Positions 9,879 through 20,697 of a stretch of DNA of 64,000 bases are shown in pieces; positions within the stretch are counted from its first letter, which is position 1; each line of letters begins with the position of its first letter. Made by a program: the position numbers and the translations under genes. Under the pieces are notes generated by a model, which saw only the letters and a list, made by a program, of their open reading frames with translations, was not told the origin of the DNA and made no database searches. This stretch comes from Myxococcota bacterium (GTDB lineage Bacteria; Myxococcota_A; Polyangia; Nannocystales; Nannocystaceae): NCBI GenBank assembly GCA_039028615.1, contig JBCCHT010000040.1, forward strand, positions 32,001 to 96,000, written 5' to 3'.

Positions 9879-11300
9879 TCAGTAGCAGATGCCGTTGAGC
9901 GGGGCCGAGACGCGGTTGCCCAGGATGCCCCCGCCGCCGCGACAGGCGGTGCAGATCTGCTGATCGAAGTGCGCGAGGAAGGGGTCGTGGGTCTGCGCCG
10001 CGCTGGCGCCCCAGAAGGTGTTCGACATGCTGCCGCCAAAGAACACCTTGCGCAGCCCGGCGTAGCCGCCGAAGCCATCTTCGACGACGAGCTCCGGGAA
10101 CGCCATGGGGGTGGCGCCGCTAATCGGGTGGCGGTTCATGATGCGGGTGGGCGACAGGCCGACCTCGCCCGTGTACTTGCTCAAGGTCACGGTACCGCCG
10201 GTCTGCTCCTGGGTCATGACGTAGACGTCGGCGTCCTCGTCCGCGTCCACGCGGATGCTGCTGACGGGCCAGCCGCCGTCCTCGAAGATGGTGGTCGGGC
10301 TGGGTCCGTCGAGGTCGGCAATGACCACGCGAGCCTCGTGGTTGCCGCCGCCCAGGTCTCGGCGAGCGACCATCGCCACGCGCAGGACCGAGACGCCGGC
10401 CGTGTTCGCGGTGTCGACCATCACCAGGTCGTCCAGGAAGTCGTCGTGGCCTTCGGCGTAGCTGTACACGGAGGCGAAGGCCCCGGTGCTCGGGTCGAAC
10501 TCCGATAGCCACAGCTGGGTGCCGGCTGCGTGCAGGCCCCAGCCCGCGGCGTAGATCGAGCCGCTACCGTCGAACGCGAGGTGGGTCGGGATGCCGGCCA
10601 TGCCCGTGGTGTAGGTGGCCGCTTGCGCGCCCGAGGCGGCGTCGAGGCGGACCACCGAAGAGCCGGTCGCCATCCAGATGTCGTCGCCGTTCGGGGCGTA
10701 CGCGCAGTCGGTCGCGAACGAGGTCCCGGGGACGGTCGTCTGCCAGTCCATCTGCAGGCTCGAGGTGGCGTCGTCGTAGGTCCAGTGCTGGGCGATCGCC
10801 AAGCCGCTGCCCTGCGTGTCGCCGCCGCAGGTGACGAAGGTCCCGTCGGCGGCGGGATTGGCCGAGACGTGGCGGGCGATCTGGTTGGACGCGGTGGGAT
10901 GACCGGGGTGACCCGAGCCGTTGGCGACGACCGAGAAGGAGTTGCTGGAGTGGTCGTAGGCGACGACCGAGACGGTCTGCCCGAGGGGCAGCGGGCCATG
11001 GTGAGCGGTGGCGAACACGAAGTCGCCCGCGCCCGGGCGGCCGATGGTGTCGAACTCGTCGACGGCACCGCCGGCCCAGCAGTGCGCGGACTGACGGTTG
11101 CCCCGCCAGCTCATCGCGGCACACTCGGCCGTGCTCGCCAAGATCGGTGGGCCTTTGCGCATCTCGACGTCGTCGTCCTCGACGATCTCGATCTCGTCGG
11201 TGACGTCGCACGCCCCGGTCATCGCCACGAGGGCAGCGACCGTGAGGGCAGGCACGAGGGCGCGGAAGCGGAGGGACGGGGGCAGGGGCTGGTGGGTCAT
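9879..11300 (-). CDS. Hypothetical lipoprotein, probable beta-propeller
   Basis: Lipobox TGAC; repeated beta-strand units (LAFDGSGSIYAAG, VDADEDADVYV). Confidence 0.7.
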   Translation of the reverse strand: MTHQPLPPSLRFRALVPALTVAALVAMTGACDVTDEIEIVEDDDVEMRKGPPILASTAECAAMSWRGNRQSAHCWAGGAVDEFDTIGRPGAGDFVFATAHHGPLPLGQTVSVVAYDHSSNSFSVVANGSGHPGHPTASNQIARHVSANPAADGTFVTCGGDTQGSGLAIAQHWTYDDATSSLQMDWQTTVPGTSFATDCAYAPNGDDIWMATGSSVVRLDAASGAQAATYTTGMAGIPTHLAFDGSGSIYAAGWGLHAAGTQLWLSEFDPSTGAFASVYSYAEGHDDFLDDLVMVDTANTAGVSVLRVAMVARRDLGGGNHEARVVIADLDGPSPTTIFEDGGWPVSSIRVDADEDADVYVMTQEQTGGTVTLSKYTGEVGLSPTRIMNRHPISGATPMAFPELVVEDGFGGYAGLRKVFFGGSMSNTFWGASAAQTHDPFLAHFDQQICTACRGGGGILGNRVSAPLNGICY

Positions 11301-11371
11301 CGCTGAGCCATCCCCACCCGCCGTCGCCGATCTGACGCCGCCGGCCGGCTTTTTTCGACGACGCCGTCTCG

Positions 11372-11538
11372 CTAGAACTCATCTCATAAACCCTCGCGCG
11401 GCGATAACGTGGCCCCCGTCGACGAGCGCCGCGTTGCCAATCCTTGAAGTACGCCCAGTACGCCGGCGAATTGGCGCCTTGCTCTCGTCGACGCTGACCA
11501 CGTTCTCACCCCACGAGGGTTTATGAGATGAGTTCTAG
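11372..11538. mobile_element. MITE (non-autonomous miniature inverted-repeat element), 167 bp
   Basis: Perfect 25-bp inverted repeats CTAGAACTCATCTCATAAACCCTCG at 11372-11396 and 11514-11538; internal complementarity; no ORF. Confidence 0.85.
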
Positions 11539-12317
11539 TCGCGGCGCGGCGGCCAGGGCAAGAACGCGCTCGTGCGCTGGGCGTACTCGCGGTAGCCGGG
11601 CTTCGACGAGCGCAGCGATCGACCCAAGATCGCGACGCCCGAGACCTTGATGATGAGCGCGGTCATCAGCAGCGCTCCGATGGCGGGGACGTAGCTGCCG
11701 GCCGCCACCGAGAGCAGGCCGTAGCCCCACCAGCAGGCACTGTCGCCGAAGTAGTTCGGGTGCCGGGTGTATCGCCAAAAGCCGGTGGTCAGCAGCTCGT
11801 CGGAGCGTGTGCGCCGGGCGAGGAAGCGGGTGAGCTGGAGGTCGCTGCCCGCCTCGAACACGAAGCCCACGAGCCACACCGCGACGGCCACCGCGTCGAG
11901 CCAGCCGAGGGGGCCACCCTGGGTCTGGGCCCCGAGCAGCGGCGCGCCGATGACCCAGGCCAAGGTGCCCTGCAGCACGAACACCTGGAAGAAGCTCACC
12001 CACCAGTATCGATGGGCACCGTAGCGGCGACGAAAGGCCTGGTAGCGCGGGTCCTCGGGCTCGCCCCAGTTGCGCCACGCCAGGTAGATCGAAAGCCGCA
12101 GTCCCCAGACGGTGACCAGCCCGACGAGCAGCAGCTTGCGGTGCGGATCGCCTCCGGGCGTGTGGAGGAAGTACCACCAGGCGAAGACCACGAAGGTCAT
12201 GCCCCACAGGGCGTCGACGATGCTGGCGTCCCGCAGGCGCACGCTCACCAGCCACGCGATGGCCAGCAGCCCGAGGATGAGCGCATAGGCTTGGAAGTAG
12301 AGGGCGACCGGGAACAT
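11535..12317 (-). CDS. DUF1295 / steroid 5-alpha-reductase-like membrane protein
   Basis: DASIVDALWG, WGLRL, EDPRY and TRHPNYFG motifs. Confidence 0.9.
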   Translation of the reverse strand: MFPVALYFQAYALILGLLAIAWLVSVRLRDASIVDALWGMTFVVFAWWYFLHTPGGDPHRKLLLVGLVTVWGLRLSIYLAWRNWGEPEDPRYQAFRRRYGAHRYWWVSFFQVFVLQGTLAWVIGAPLLGAQTQGGPLGWLDAVAVAVWLVGFVFEAGSDLQLTRFLARRTRSDELLTTGFWRYTRHPNYFGDSACWWGYGLLSVAAGSYVPAIGALLMTALIIKVSGVAILGRSLRSSKPGYREYAQRTSAFLPWPPRRD

Positions 12318-12404
12318 GGCTGCGGCCCCGAGCCTGCGGGGCGAGGGCTCGATCGTCAACGAGATCGAGGGCCAGGCCCGGTGCGAGGCCGAATTGGGCC
12401 CACC

Positions 12405-13454
12405 ATGGTTCGCTTTCGGGCGTCCGGGGCGCGAGAGCGCTATCTCCCACGTGTGCTGCGTCGCTGGGTCCGCCGCCTGACGATGATCGGGACCCACGCC
12501 GTGATCTGGGGGTCGATCGTGGGGCTCGTGCCGCTGTGGCTGCCGCTGGTGGGCCTGCACGATCTCGTGCGACGCAACCGCGGGGCAGGGCTACGCATGA
12601 TGGTCCTTTTGGGGACCTTCTCGCTCGCCGAGCTTCTCGGGGTCTTGGGAGCGGGCGTGATCTGGCTCCGCCACGCGCTCGGTCGGAGCCTCGGCTCGGA
12701 TCGATGGCTCGAGGACAACTACCGACTTCAGCAGCGGTGGACCTCGGCTCTGCTCGGCGCGGCGATTCGAGTGCTTCGGTTGTCGTTCGAGGTCGAGGGT
12801 GATGCCACGGCGGTGCCCGGCCCGGTGGTGGTGCTGATGCGTCACACGAGCATGCTGGACACGGTGCTGCCCGTGGTCTTCTTGGGCGCACGCCACCAGC
12901 TGCGCCTGCGCTACGTGCTCAAGACCGAGCTGCAGTTCGATCCCTGCCTCGACATCGTGGGCAATCGGCTGCCCAACTACTTCGTCGACCGAGCGGGGAC
13001 TACCCCGCGTGAGCTCGAGGCGCTGGGGCGGCTCGCCGATGGCCTGGGCCCGCGCGACGGGGCGCTCATCTATCCCGAGGGCACGCGCTTTTCCGTGGGC
13101 AAGCTGGCGCGGGCCAAAGAGAAGCTGGCGGCCACCAATCCCGAACTCCATGAACTCGCGGCGGGCCTGCGCCGCGTGCTTCCCCCGCGTCCGGGTGGGG
13201 CGCTGACCCTGCTCGACCGCGCGTTGCCCCAAGGGGCCGACGTCGTCGTGTTCACGCACTCGGGACTCGAGCGACTCGTGAGCTGGCGCGACATGGTCTC
13301 CGGGGAGGCGATCGGCACGACCGTGCGGGTGAAGATCTGGCGCGTGTCGGGGGCCGAGGTCCCGGCCTCGCGGGAGCAACGACTGCACTGGCTGTTCGAT
13401 CGATGGCACGAGATCGATGCCCTCGCGGTCCGCCATGAAGCCGACGAGGCCTAG
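12405..13454 (+). CDS. Lysophospholipid/glycerol-3-phosphate acyltransferase (PlsC-like)
   Basis: HTSMLD (HX4D) and IYPEGTR motifs; start uncertain. Confidence 0.85.
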   Translation: MVRFRASGARERYLPRVLRRWVRRLTMIGTHAVIWGSIVGLVPLWLPLVGLHDLVRRNRGAGLRMMVLLGTFSLAELLGVLGAGVIWLRHALGRSLGSDRWLEDNYRLQQRWTSALLGAAIRVLRLSFEVEGDATAVPGPVVVLMRHTSMLDTVLPVVFLGARHQLRLRYVLKTELQFDPCLDIVGNRLPNYFVDRAGTTPRELEALGRLADGLGPRDGALIYPEGTRFSVGKLARAKEKLAATNPELHELAAGLRRVLPPRPGGALTLLDRALPQGADVVVFTHSGLERLVSWRDMVSGEAIGTTVRVKIWRVSGAEVPASREQRLHWLFDRWHEIDALAVRHEADEA

Positions 13455-13535
13455 ACTCGGCCTGGGGATCTCACACCGGCCAGAGGCCGGGCCGCTGCCG
13501 TCGAAGGGCGTAGCGGGACCTGCTACGTTCGCGGC

Positions 13536-14561
13536 ATGCAGGCCTACGAGATCAAGGGCGGCTTCGGGCTCGACAACCTCACCAAGGTCGAGCGACCGAT
13601 GCCGGAGCCGGGTCCGGGACAGGTGCGGGTCCGCGTCACGGCGGTGTCGCTCAACTACCGCGACCTGCTGATGGTGCGGGGCCACTACAACCCGCGGCAG
13701 CCCTTGCCGCTGGTTCCCTGCTCGGATGGCGTGGGTCTGGTGGAGGCGATCGGTCCCGGCGTGCAGGGCTTGGAGATCGGCGATCGCGTGGCCGGCCTGT
13801 TCGTCCAGCGCTGGGCGGCGGGCTCTCCCACCGCCCAGGCGCAACGCTCGACGCTCGGCGGCCCCCTCGATGGCATGCTGGCGGAGCAGGTGGTGCTCGA
13901 TGCCCAGGGGGTGGTGTCCGTGCCCGAGCACCTGAGCGACGCCGAGGCGGCCACCTTGCCCTGCGCCGCGTTGACGGCCTGGAGCGCCCTGGTCACCGAG
14001 GGCGGCATACGGGCGGGCGACACCGTGCTCGTCCAAGGCACGGGCGGGGTCTCGACCTTCGCTCTCGCGTTCGCCCGCATGCACGGGGCCCGGGTCATCG
14101 CCACTACCAGCCGACCCGCCAAGGCCGAAGCGCTCCTGGCCCGCGGCGCCTGGAAAGTCATCGACTATCGAAAGGACCCCAAGTGGGGCAAGACGGCGCT
14201 GTCGCTGACCGAGGGTCGCGGGGTCGATCACGTGGTCGAGGTCGGCGGCGTGGGCACGATGGCGCAGTCGCTCCGGGCGTTGCGCCCCGGCGGCACCCTG
14301 AGCCTCATCGGCGTGCTGGCGGGGGTGCAGGCCGACCTTTCGCTCACCTCGGTGTTGATGAACCAGATCCGCGTGCAGGGCATCTTCGTCGGGCACCGCG
14401 AGGGCTTCCTCGCCATGAACCGGGCCATCCGCGAGCACGAGCTGCGGCCGCTGGTCGACAAGGTCTTCGAGTTCGACGAGGCGGTCGCTGCGTTCGAGCA
14501 CCTCGCCTCGGGCGACCATCAGGGCAAGGTCTGCATCAAGGTCGCGACCAGTCCAGCGTGA
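13536..14561 (+). CDS. NAD(P)-dependent alcohol dehydrogenase (MDR family)
   Basis: VSLNYRD, PCSDG, ATLPCAALTAW and GTGGVS motifs. Confidence 0.92.
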   Translation: MQAYEIKGGFGLDNLTKVERPMPEPGPGQVRVRVTAVSLNYRDLLMVRGHYNPRQPLPLVPCSDGVGLVEAIGPGVQGLEIGDRVAGLFVQRWAAGSPTAQAQRSTLGGPLDGMLAEQVVLDAQGVVSVPEHLSDAEAATLPCAALTAWSALVTEGGIRAGDTVLVQGTGGVSTFALAFARMHGARVIATTSRPAKAEALLARGAWKVIDYRKDPKWGKTALSLTEGRGVDHVVEVGGVGTMAQSLRALRPGGTLSLIGVLAGVQADLSLTSVLMNQIRVQGIFVGHREGFLAMNRAIREHELRPLVDKVFEFDEAVAAFEHLASGDHQGKVCIKVATSPA

Positions 14562-15744
14562 ACGAGAAGGTGGTGCCGCCCTCGGGGGCGCTGCGGGCCC
14601 AGATCTTCCCGCCGTGCGCACGGACGATGCGGCGGGCGGTGGCCAGGCCGAGGCCATCACCGGGGGCGTCGTCGTCGAGGCGCACGAAGGGCTCGAAGAT
14701 CCGCTCGGCCTTACCCGGCGGCAGCCCGACTCCGTTGTCGCGCACGTAGAAGCAGGCGGCGCCCTCGCCCTCGTTGCGTCCGACCTCGATGCGCGCGGGC
14801 GTCTCGGAGGCCGAGAACTTCCACGCGTTGCGCAGCAGGTTGTCGAGCAAGGAGTGCAACAGGGCCCGATCGCCGACGGCATGGAGGCCATCGGCGATGC
14901 TCCACTCGACCCTGCGGGCCGGGTTTTGCACCTTCAGTCGCTCGGCGATTTCCATCGCGATGGCGCTGAGGTCGACCGACTCGCGCGCGGGCTCGGCAGA
15001 CGAGAGCCGGAACAGGCCCATCATGCCCTCGACGAGCGTGTTCATGCGCATCACGCTGGCGCGGAGCTGGGTGAGGTCTTCTTTGGCCTCGTCGTCGAGC
15101 GACGCCTCGTGCTCCTTGCGGAAGATGTCGACGTAGCCGATGGCGGCGGTCAGCGGCGAGCGAAGGTCGTGGGAGACGGCGCGCCCGAAGGCCTCGAGCT
15201 CGGTGTTGGCCGCCCGCAGATCGTCGAGTCGACGGCGTCGCGCCAGCTCGGTGCCCACCCATTGGCCCATGAGCTGGAGCGCATCGACGTCGACCTCGTC
15301 GAAGTGCCGGGCCCGCGGCTCGGGCGAAGAGAAGTTGAGGGTGCCGAAGCACTCGCCATCGACCGTGATCGGCACGCCGATATAGGACTCGAGGCGAAAC
15401 GAGGTATAGGCGGGATGGGTCTCGTGGGTCTGACCCATGTTCTCGAAGGTGATGGGCCCCTCGGCGCGCAGGGTGAGGCTGCACGGGGTGACGCCCAGCT
15501 CGAACTCGTCGCCGTCGCTCAGGCTCAGGCTGGGCGGGGCGACGACGTGCACGATGGTGTAGCGCTCGCCTCGGATATTCGACAGCACGCCGATGTCCAG
15601 GTCGAAGCGCTCGCAGCCGAGCCTCAGCAGGCGTCGCAGCTGGTGGTCGAAGCCCTGCTCGTGCTCGCTGGTGATGGCGTAGAGCGTGCGGATGACCGCT
15701 TCACTCTTCCCGACTTCGGGCCGGTCGTCGGACGTACCCCCCAC
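14536..15744 (-). CDS. GAF-domain sensor histidine kinase
   Basis: GAF region (YIGVPI...GTLNF), H-box SHDLRSPL, NAWKF, DNGVG, GLGLA; start uncertain; no adjacent response regulator. Confidence 0.88.
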   Translation of the reverse strand: MGGTSDDRPEVGKSEAVIRTLYAITSEHEQGFDHQLRRLLRLGCERFDLDIGVLSNIRGERYTIVHVVAPPSLSLSDGDEFELGVTPCSLTLRAEGPITFENMGQTHETHPAYTSFRLESYIGVPITVDGECFGTLNFSSPEPRARHFDEVDVDALQLMGQWVGTELARRRRLDDLRAANTELEAFGRAVSHDLRSPLTAAIGYVDIFRKEHEASLDDEAKEDLTQLRASVMRMNTLVEGMMGLFRLSSAEPARESVDLSAIAMEIAERLKVQNPARRVEWSIADGLHAVGDRALLHSLLDNLLRNAWKFSASETPARIEVGRNEGEGAACFYVRDNGVGLPPGKAERIFEPFVRLDDDAPGDGLGLATARRIVRAHGGKIWARSAPEGGTTFSFTLDWSRP

Positions 15745-15833
15745 GGCTCGCCCAGCGTATCGGAAAGCGGTCGCGTCCGAGTCACGAGACCGCGCCTCAC
15801 CGAGGTACGCGGTTTCGTCCCCGGCAAATGCCG

Positions 15834-16073
15834 TCAACCATCTCGCGGGGCGGGGGGCGCCGCTTCGCCGTCGCCCTTCGATCCACCGCCCTGCAGCAGA
15901 TAGAGCAGCCCGCCCGCCGTGACGATGCCCAGGATCTTCCCCAGCGGGAGCACGAAGATGATGAAGGCGTTGATGGCACCGAACACGAGGCCGGCCGTGC
16001 TTCCCCACGAGCGGGCGAGCCAGAGTGCGGTGATGATCGTCAGTGCGATGGCGCCGTAGAGCACGGGCGACAC
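15834..16073 (-). CDS. Small membrane protein (79 aa)
   Basis: Two to three hydrophobic helices; GC3-rich codons. Confidence 0.6.
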   Translation of the reverse strand: MSPVLYGAIALTIITALWLARSWGSTAGLVFGAINAFIIFVLPLGKILGIVTAGGLLYLLQGGGSKGDGEAAPPAPRDG

Positions 16074-16126
16074 GGTACACCGGTCGGGGGTCGGCGCCGG
16101 TCACCGAAATGAAACGCGCGGGCTTG

Positions 16127-16390
16127 CTACCAGAGGATCTCGTCCTTCGAGGGCGCGGGGCGATCCAGCATCTCGGCCTGGCGACGCAGGTACCGTTGCA
16201 AAACGCGACGCGCCTCCCAGGCGGCCTGCCTCCGTGCCCGCCGGACCTGCACCGACGACGGCGTGCTCCGTCGGCGGCCGACGCTCCTCTTGGTGTACTC
16301 GGCGGCGTACGAGGCTCGCCGATCCACGTCGCCTTGCGCGGTGGTCGAAGAGGAACGAAGCAGCATGGGACCGTGCTGAGAGGAGTGCAT
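16127..16390 (-). CDS. Small basic (Arg-rich) hypothetical protein (87 aa)
   Basis: Purine-rich RBS AAGGAAGGAG just before the ATG; fills an otherwise empty gap. Confidence 0.45.
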   Translation of the reverse strand: MHSSQHGPMLLRSSSTTAQGDVDRRASYAAEYTKRSVGRRRSTPSSVQVRRARRQAAWEARRVLQRYLRRQAEMLDRPAPSKDEILW

Positions 16391-16525
16391 CACTCCTTCC
16401 TTTGCGCGTGGACCCGGGACATTACGGATTTCGTGCAATCGACAATTCGGCGCGGAGCACTGCAACTGCAGTGGCCACCCCTGGCTCCAACCGTTGTGCT
16501 ACGGCCCCGACGCGGTGGTTTGGAC

Positions 16526-17398
16526 TCATGCGCGGCTGCGCTGGCGATCGACTCGTCGCAGCAGCGCGGTGACCAGTGTTGCGCTGACTAACACCAACAA
16601 TGCGTAGAGCAAGGGGATGGGCAACATCCGATCGGAAGTCGCCTCGGGGAAGCTCGCGATGACTACTGCAATAGCCAGCGGGCTGTTCTGGATGCCGGTC
16701 TCGAAACTCACCGCGCGTCGCTGCTCGACGCCGAGCCCGAGCACCCGCGCGCCGAGCCACCCGAGCGTCATGCCGAGCACGCCGAGCGCAAGGGCGGCGC
16801 TCACGTGCGCGGCGGGGAGCGTGAAGAGCAGTTCACGGTTTCGGACCAAGCCCGAGACGATCAGCAATAGTAGGACTGCGATGCCCGACAACCCGCCCAT
16901 GCGCTCGAGCTTCGCGGCGCGCTCGGGGTTGCGTCGTCGCAGCCACATGCCGAGCGACAGCGGCACGAGCATCAGCGCCAGCGTGGTCGCGATGCCGCCG
17001 AAGGGGACCTCGAGCGAACCCAGCCCGAGCGACCGCGTGTACAGGTAGAGGATCGACGGCATGGCGACGACCGCCACCACCGACGAGACCACGGTCATCG
17101 TGATGCTCAGCGCGAGGTCGGCCCGCGTGTAGTAGGCGAAGAGGTTCGAGGTCGTGCCGCCCGGGGTGCAGCCGACCACGATCAAGGACAGAGCGATCAA
17201 GGGGTCGAGGCCCAGCGCGCGGCCGAGCAACCACGCGATGAAGGGCATCCATCCGAACTGCGAGGCCAGCCCGATGAGCAAGCCCTTGGGGGCGCGGGCG
17301 ACCTGCTTGAACTGCTCGACGGACAGCGCCGCTCCCATGCCGGCCATGAGCACGAGCAGGAGCACGGCGAGCGCGGCTTTTTCGATGGGACCCAGCAT
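16526..17398 (-). CDS. Bile acid:sodium symporter family transporter
   Basis: MAGMG, QFGWMP, TPGGTTSN and ETGIQN motifs. Confidence 0.92.
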   Translation of the reverse strand: MLGPIEKAALAVLLLVLMAGMGAALSVEQFKQVARAPKGLLIGLASQFGWMPFIAWLLGRALGLDPLIALSLIVVGCTPGGTTSNLFAYYTRADLALSITMTVVSSVVAVVAMPSILYLYTRSLGLGSLEVPFGGIATTLALMLVPLSLGMWLRRRNPERAAKLERMGGLSGIAVLLLLIVSGLVRNRELLFTLPAAHVSAALALGVLGMTLGWLGARVLGLGVEQRRAVSFETGIQNSPLAIAVVIASFPEATSDRMLPIPLLYALLVLVSATLVTALLRRVDRQRSRA

Positions 17399-17487
17399 GA
17401 CGAGGCTCGATCACCAGTAGCACGCCGAGCTGCCCGGGCGTGCGGGCCTCGTTGCGGGGCATACATCGAGACGGGTCGTTCGTGCGT

Positions 17488-18333
17488 ATGCTGCAGCGGA
17501 TGCTCCGCCCAAGGTTTGGTTCGTGCGTGCTGGCCATCGCGATCGCCTCGTGCGCGGGCCCGCGAGAGCAACCCGAGCAGCCGCACTCGCCGTCGTCGTT
17601 CGCGACGGCGGAGCCGGCTCCGTCGGACGAGCCCGCGGCGGTCGAGGCTGCACCGGACCCCGTGCAGCCCGATGCACGGGAGAAGGAGACTTCGCGGTCG
17701 CTGCCCTACGATGCCAAGTGGGTCGACGCCGTGCGCTCGGCGGTGGCGCTGCATGCTTCGTGGGGCCGAGTCGACGACGAGTCTCGGTGGGCGCCGTTTC
17801 TGTGCCGCATGCCACGGGCTGCACTGGCGCACCCCAGCGAGAGCGGCGATCCGAAGACCCACGGTCACAAGCTGTACACGCTGTACGCGATGGATCCGGT
17901 GGCCTACGGCGCTCGCCCCTCGGCCATGCCTCAGGAGGCCGCGGTGCTCGAAGGCATGGAGCAGGTGGTGGTCAAAGAGTCGTTCCTGCCGCTGCCGTGG
18001 GAGCAGTTTCAGGACCAAAAGGCCGCTGTGCACCCCGGAGGAGGGGTTGGCGAGCATCGCCTGCGCCCGGCCGAACGCGACGGGCAACGGTTCGTCGCGG
18101 GGGCTCGCCAGGGTCTATACGTGATGATGAAACACGAAGGGGCGCCCAAGGACACGGACGCGGGGTGGATCTACGCCACCGTCGAATCCGACATGATCAC
18201 GGTGACCGCAGTCGGGGTGATCGAGTCGTGTGCGAGCTGCCATCGCGAAGCAGGACCGGGGCGTTTGTTCGGCTTGCCGGATCCGACCGAACCGGCGAAG
18301 GCGGCGAACTCGGCACCGTCGCCGCCGCTGTGA
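17488..18333 (+). CDS. Lipoprotein with cytochrome P460-like c-type heme domain
   Basis: Lipobox IASC; VVVKES...LYVMMK...GWIY...CASCH near the C-terminus. Confidence 0.6.
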   Translation: MLQRMLRPRFGSCVLAIAIASCAGPREQPEQPHSPSSFATAEPAPSDEPAAVEAAPDPVQPDAREKETSRSLPYDAKWVDAVRSAVALHASWGRVDDESRWAPFLCRMPRAALAHPSESGDPKTHGHKLYTLYAMDPVAYGARPSAMPQEAAVLEGMEQVVVKESFLPLPWEQFQDQKAAVHPGGGVGEHRLRPAERDGQRFVAGARQGLYVMMKHEGAPKDTDAGWIYATVESDMITVTAVGVIESCASCHREAGPGRLFGLPDPTEPAKAANSAPSPPL

Positions 18334-18533
18334 AATGCAGCGAGAGATCTGGGGCCGGGACTGCAACGACTGCCGTCTTTTTCCCCAGTGAGGCCCAATA
18401 GGACAGCATCGACCGGCTCCAGGGCAGGGTTGTGGCCAGCCCCGGGCCGGGTGCGTGATTGAACTCGAATTTCCGGTGACTTGCACCGCTCGTCTGAAAC
18501 CGCGCCCATCGGCTACGATCTCCGACGCACCCG

Positions 18534-19481
<948 letters not shown>

Positions 19482-19551
19482 ATCGCCGTTTTTGGGCCGC
19501 ACACGGGATGCGGTGATCCGCCGGGGAGGGTCGTGGACCTCTCCCGATGAG

Positions 19552-20685
19552 ATGGGCGCTCTCAAGCATTCCGTAGCCAGTCCCGATCGGCAGTCGTACA
19601 TCTACGTACCGCGCTCGGTCGATCTGAACGTCGCGCGAGCGATCCGGGCGATGGTGGACCAAGGCGAGGGGCCGTCGCGGGAGCGGATCCGCAAGATCGT
19701 CGATCCGATGGGCTTCCGCAGCCTCCGGGGCGGCGCTCGGGCAGCGTTGATGGCTCCGACGTGGTTCGGGTTCACGGAGGAGGACAAACCGATGTTCGAG
19801 TTCATCGACGCCCAGTGCACGGCGGCGTTCGAACGGGCGCTGAAGCGTATCGCGTTCGAGAACGACGAGGGCCGCAACGGTCGTCGCATCCAGGGCGAGC
19901 TCGACAAGAAGGAGTCCGACTACGCGCTGAACAAGACCTCGGCCCGGGAGGCCGAGCGGGTCCGCCATCGCGAACGCCTGTGGAAGGAGTGCGGCATCTC
20001 GGGGGACCTGGAGTTCTCGCCGTGGATCGAACAGATCGATGGCTCTTTGGCCCACGACACGGAGGCGCAGGAGTACTTCGCGAAGCTCGGCGGTCGAACG
20101 ATCGACAACGTCGAGGTGTCCACGGCGAAGATGCGAAGAAAGCGGCACCAGGCCGGCTACACCCGGCAGCAGTGCCCGCTGGCGCTGGCGATTCGCGACA
20201 TCGTGCGCTGGCTGAACGGGGTCTCGGCGGAGAACGCCAAGGCCGGCTTCTTCGAGACGGTGCCCGAGCTGTTCGTGGGGGTGGACGAGATCTGGGCCGA
20301 GGGCCCCTTCGCGCTGAGCTGGGTGCGCGAGCTGGTCTTCTACGGCCACGGGCGATACGGCGAGACCGACGAGGCCGGGTTCAAGTTCGACAGCTCCATG
20401 CTGACCACCAGCGTCTTCAACGAGCCGAAGACGCAGGCCGAGCTGGCTCATGTGTCGCTGTTCATGGCCCCGGGGTCTTCGATCTTGTTGCAGGGCTGCG
20501 ACACGGGCTACGGCGCTCGCGGCAAGGAGTTCATGCACGCCTTTGCCCGCTGCATCTTCGGCAAGGACAAGTGGGGCTACATCCGAGCGAACCGCTATAT
20601 CTCGGAGGTCAACGAGAACACCCTGATCATGGGCTACAAGCCAGGCAGCCCCGTGACCTACAAGTATCCCGACGACTTCCGCTAG
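19552..20685 (+). CDS. Hypothetical protein with C-terminal DUF4347/clan-CD (caspase-like) His-Cys domain
   Basis: RELVFYGHG ... SILLQGCDTG ... GKEFMHAFA pattern. Confidence 0.6.
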   Translation: MGALKHSVASPDRQSYIYVPRSVDLNVARAIRAMVDQGEGPSRERIRKIVDPMGFRSLRGGARAALMAPTWFGFTEEDKPMFEFIDAQCTAAFERALKRIAFENDEGRNGRRIQGELDKKESDYALNKTSAREAERVRHRERLWKECGISGDLEFSPWIEQIDGSLAHDTEAQEYFAKLGGRTIDNVEVSTAKMRRKRHQAGYTRQQCPLALAIRDIVRWLNGVSAENAKAGFFETVPELFVGVDEIWAEGPFALSWVRELVFYGHGRYGETDEAGFKFDSSMLTTSVFNEPKTQAELAHVSLFMAPGSSILLQGCDTGYGARGKEFMHAFARCIFGKDKWGYIRANRYISEVNENTLIMGYKPGSPVTYKYPDDFR

Positions 20686-20697
20686 CGGCTCGTCGCG

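Noticed and set aside
16461..16476. Possible sigma54 promoter on the minus strand (TGGC...TTGC)
   Set aside because: Spacer is 8 nt rather than the strict 7
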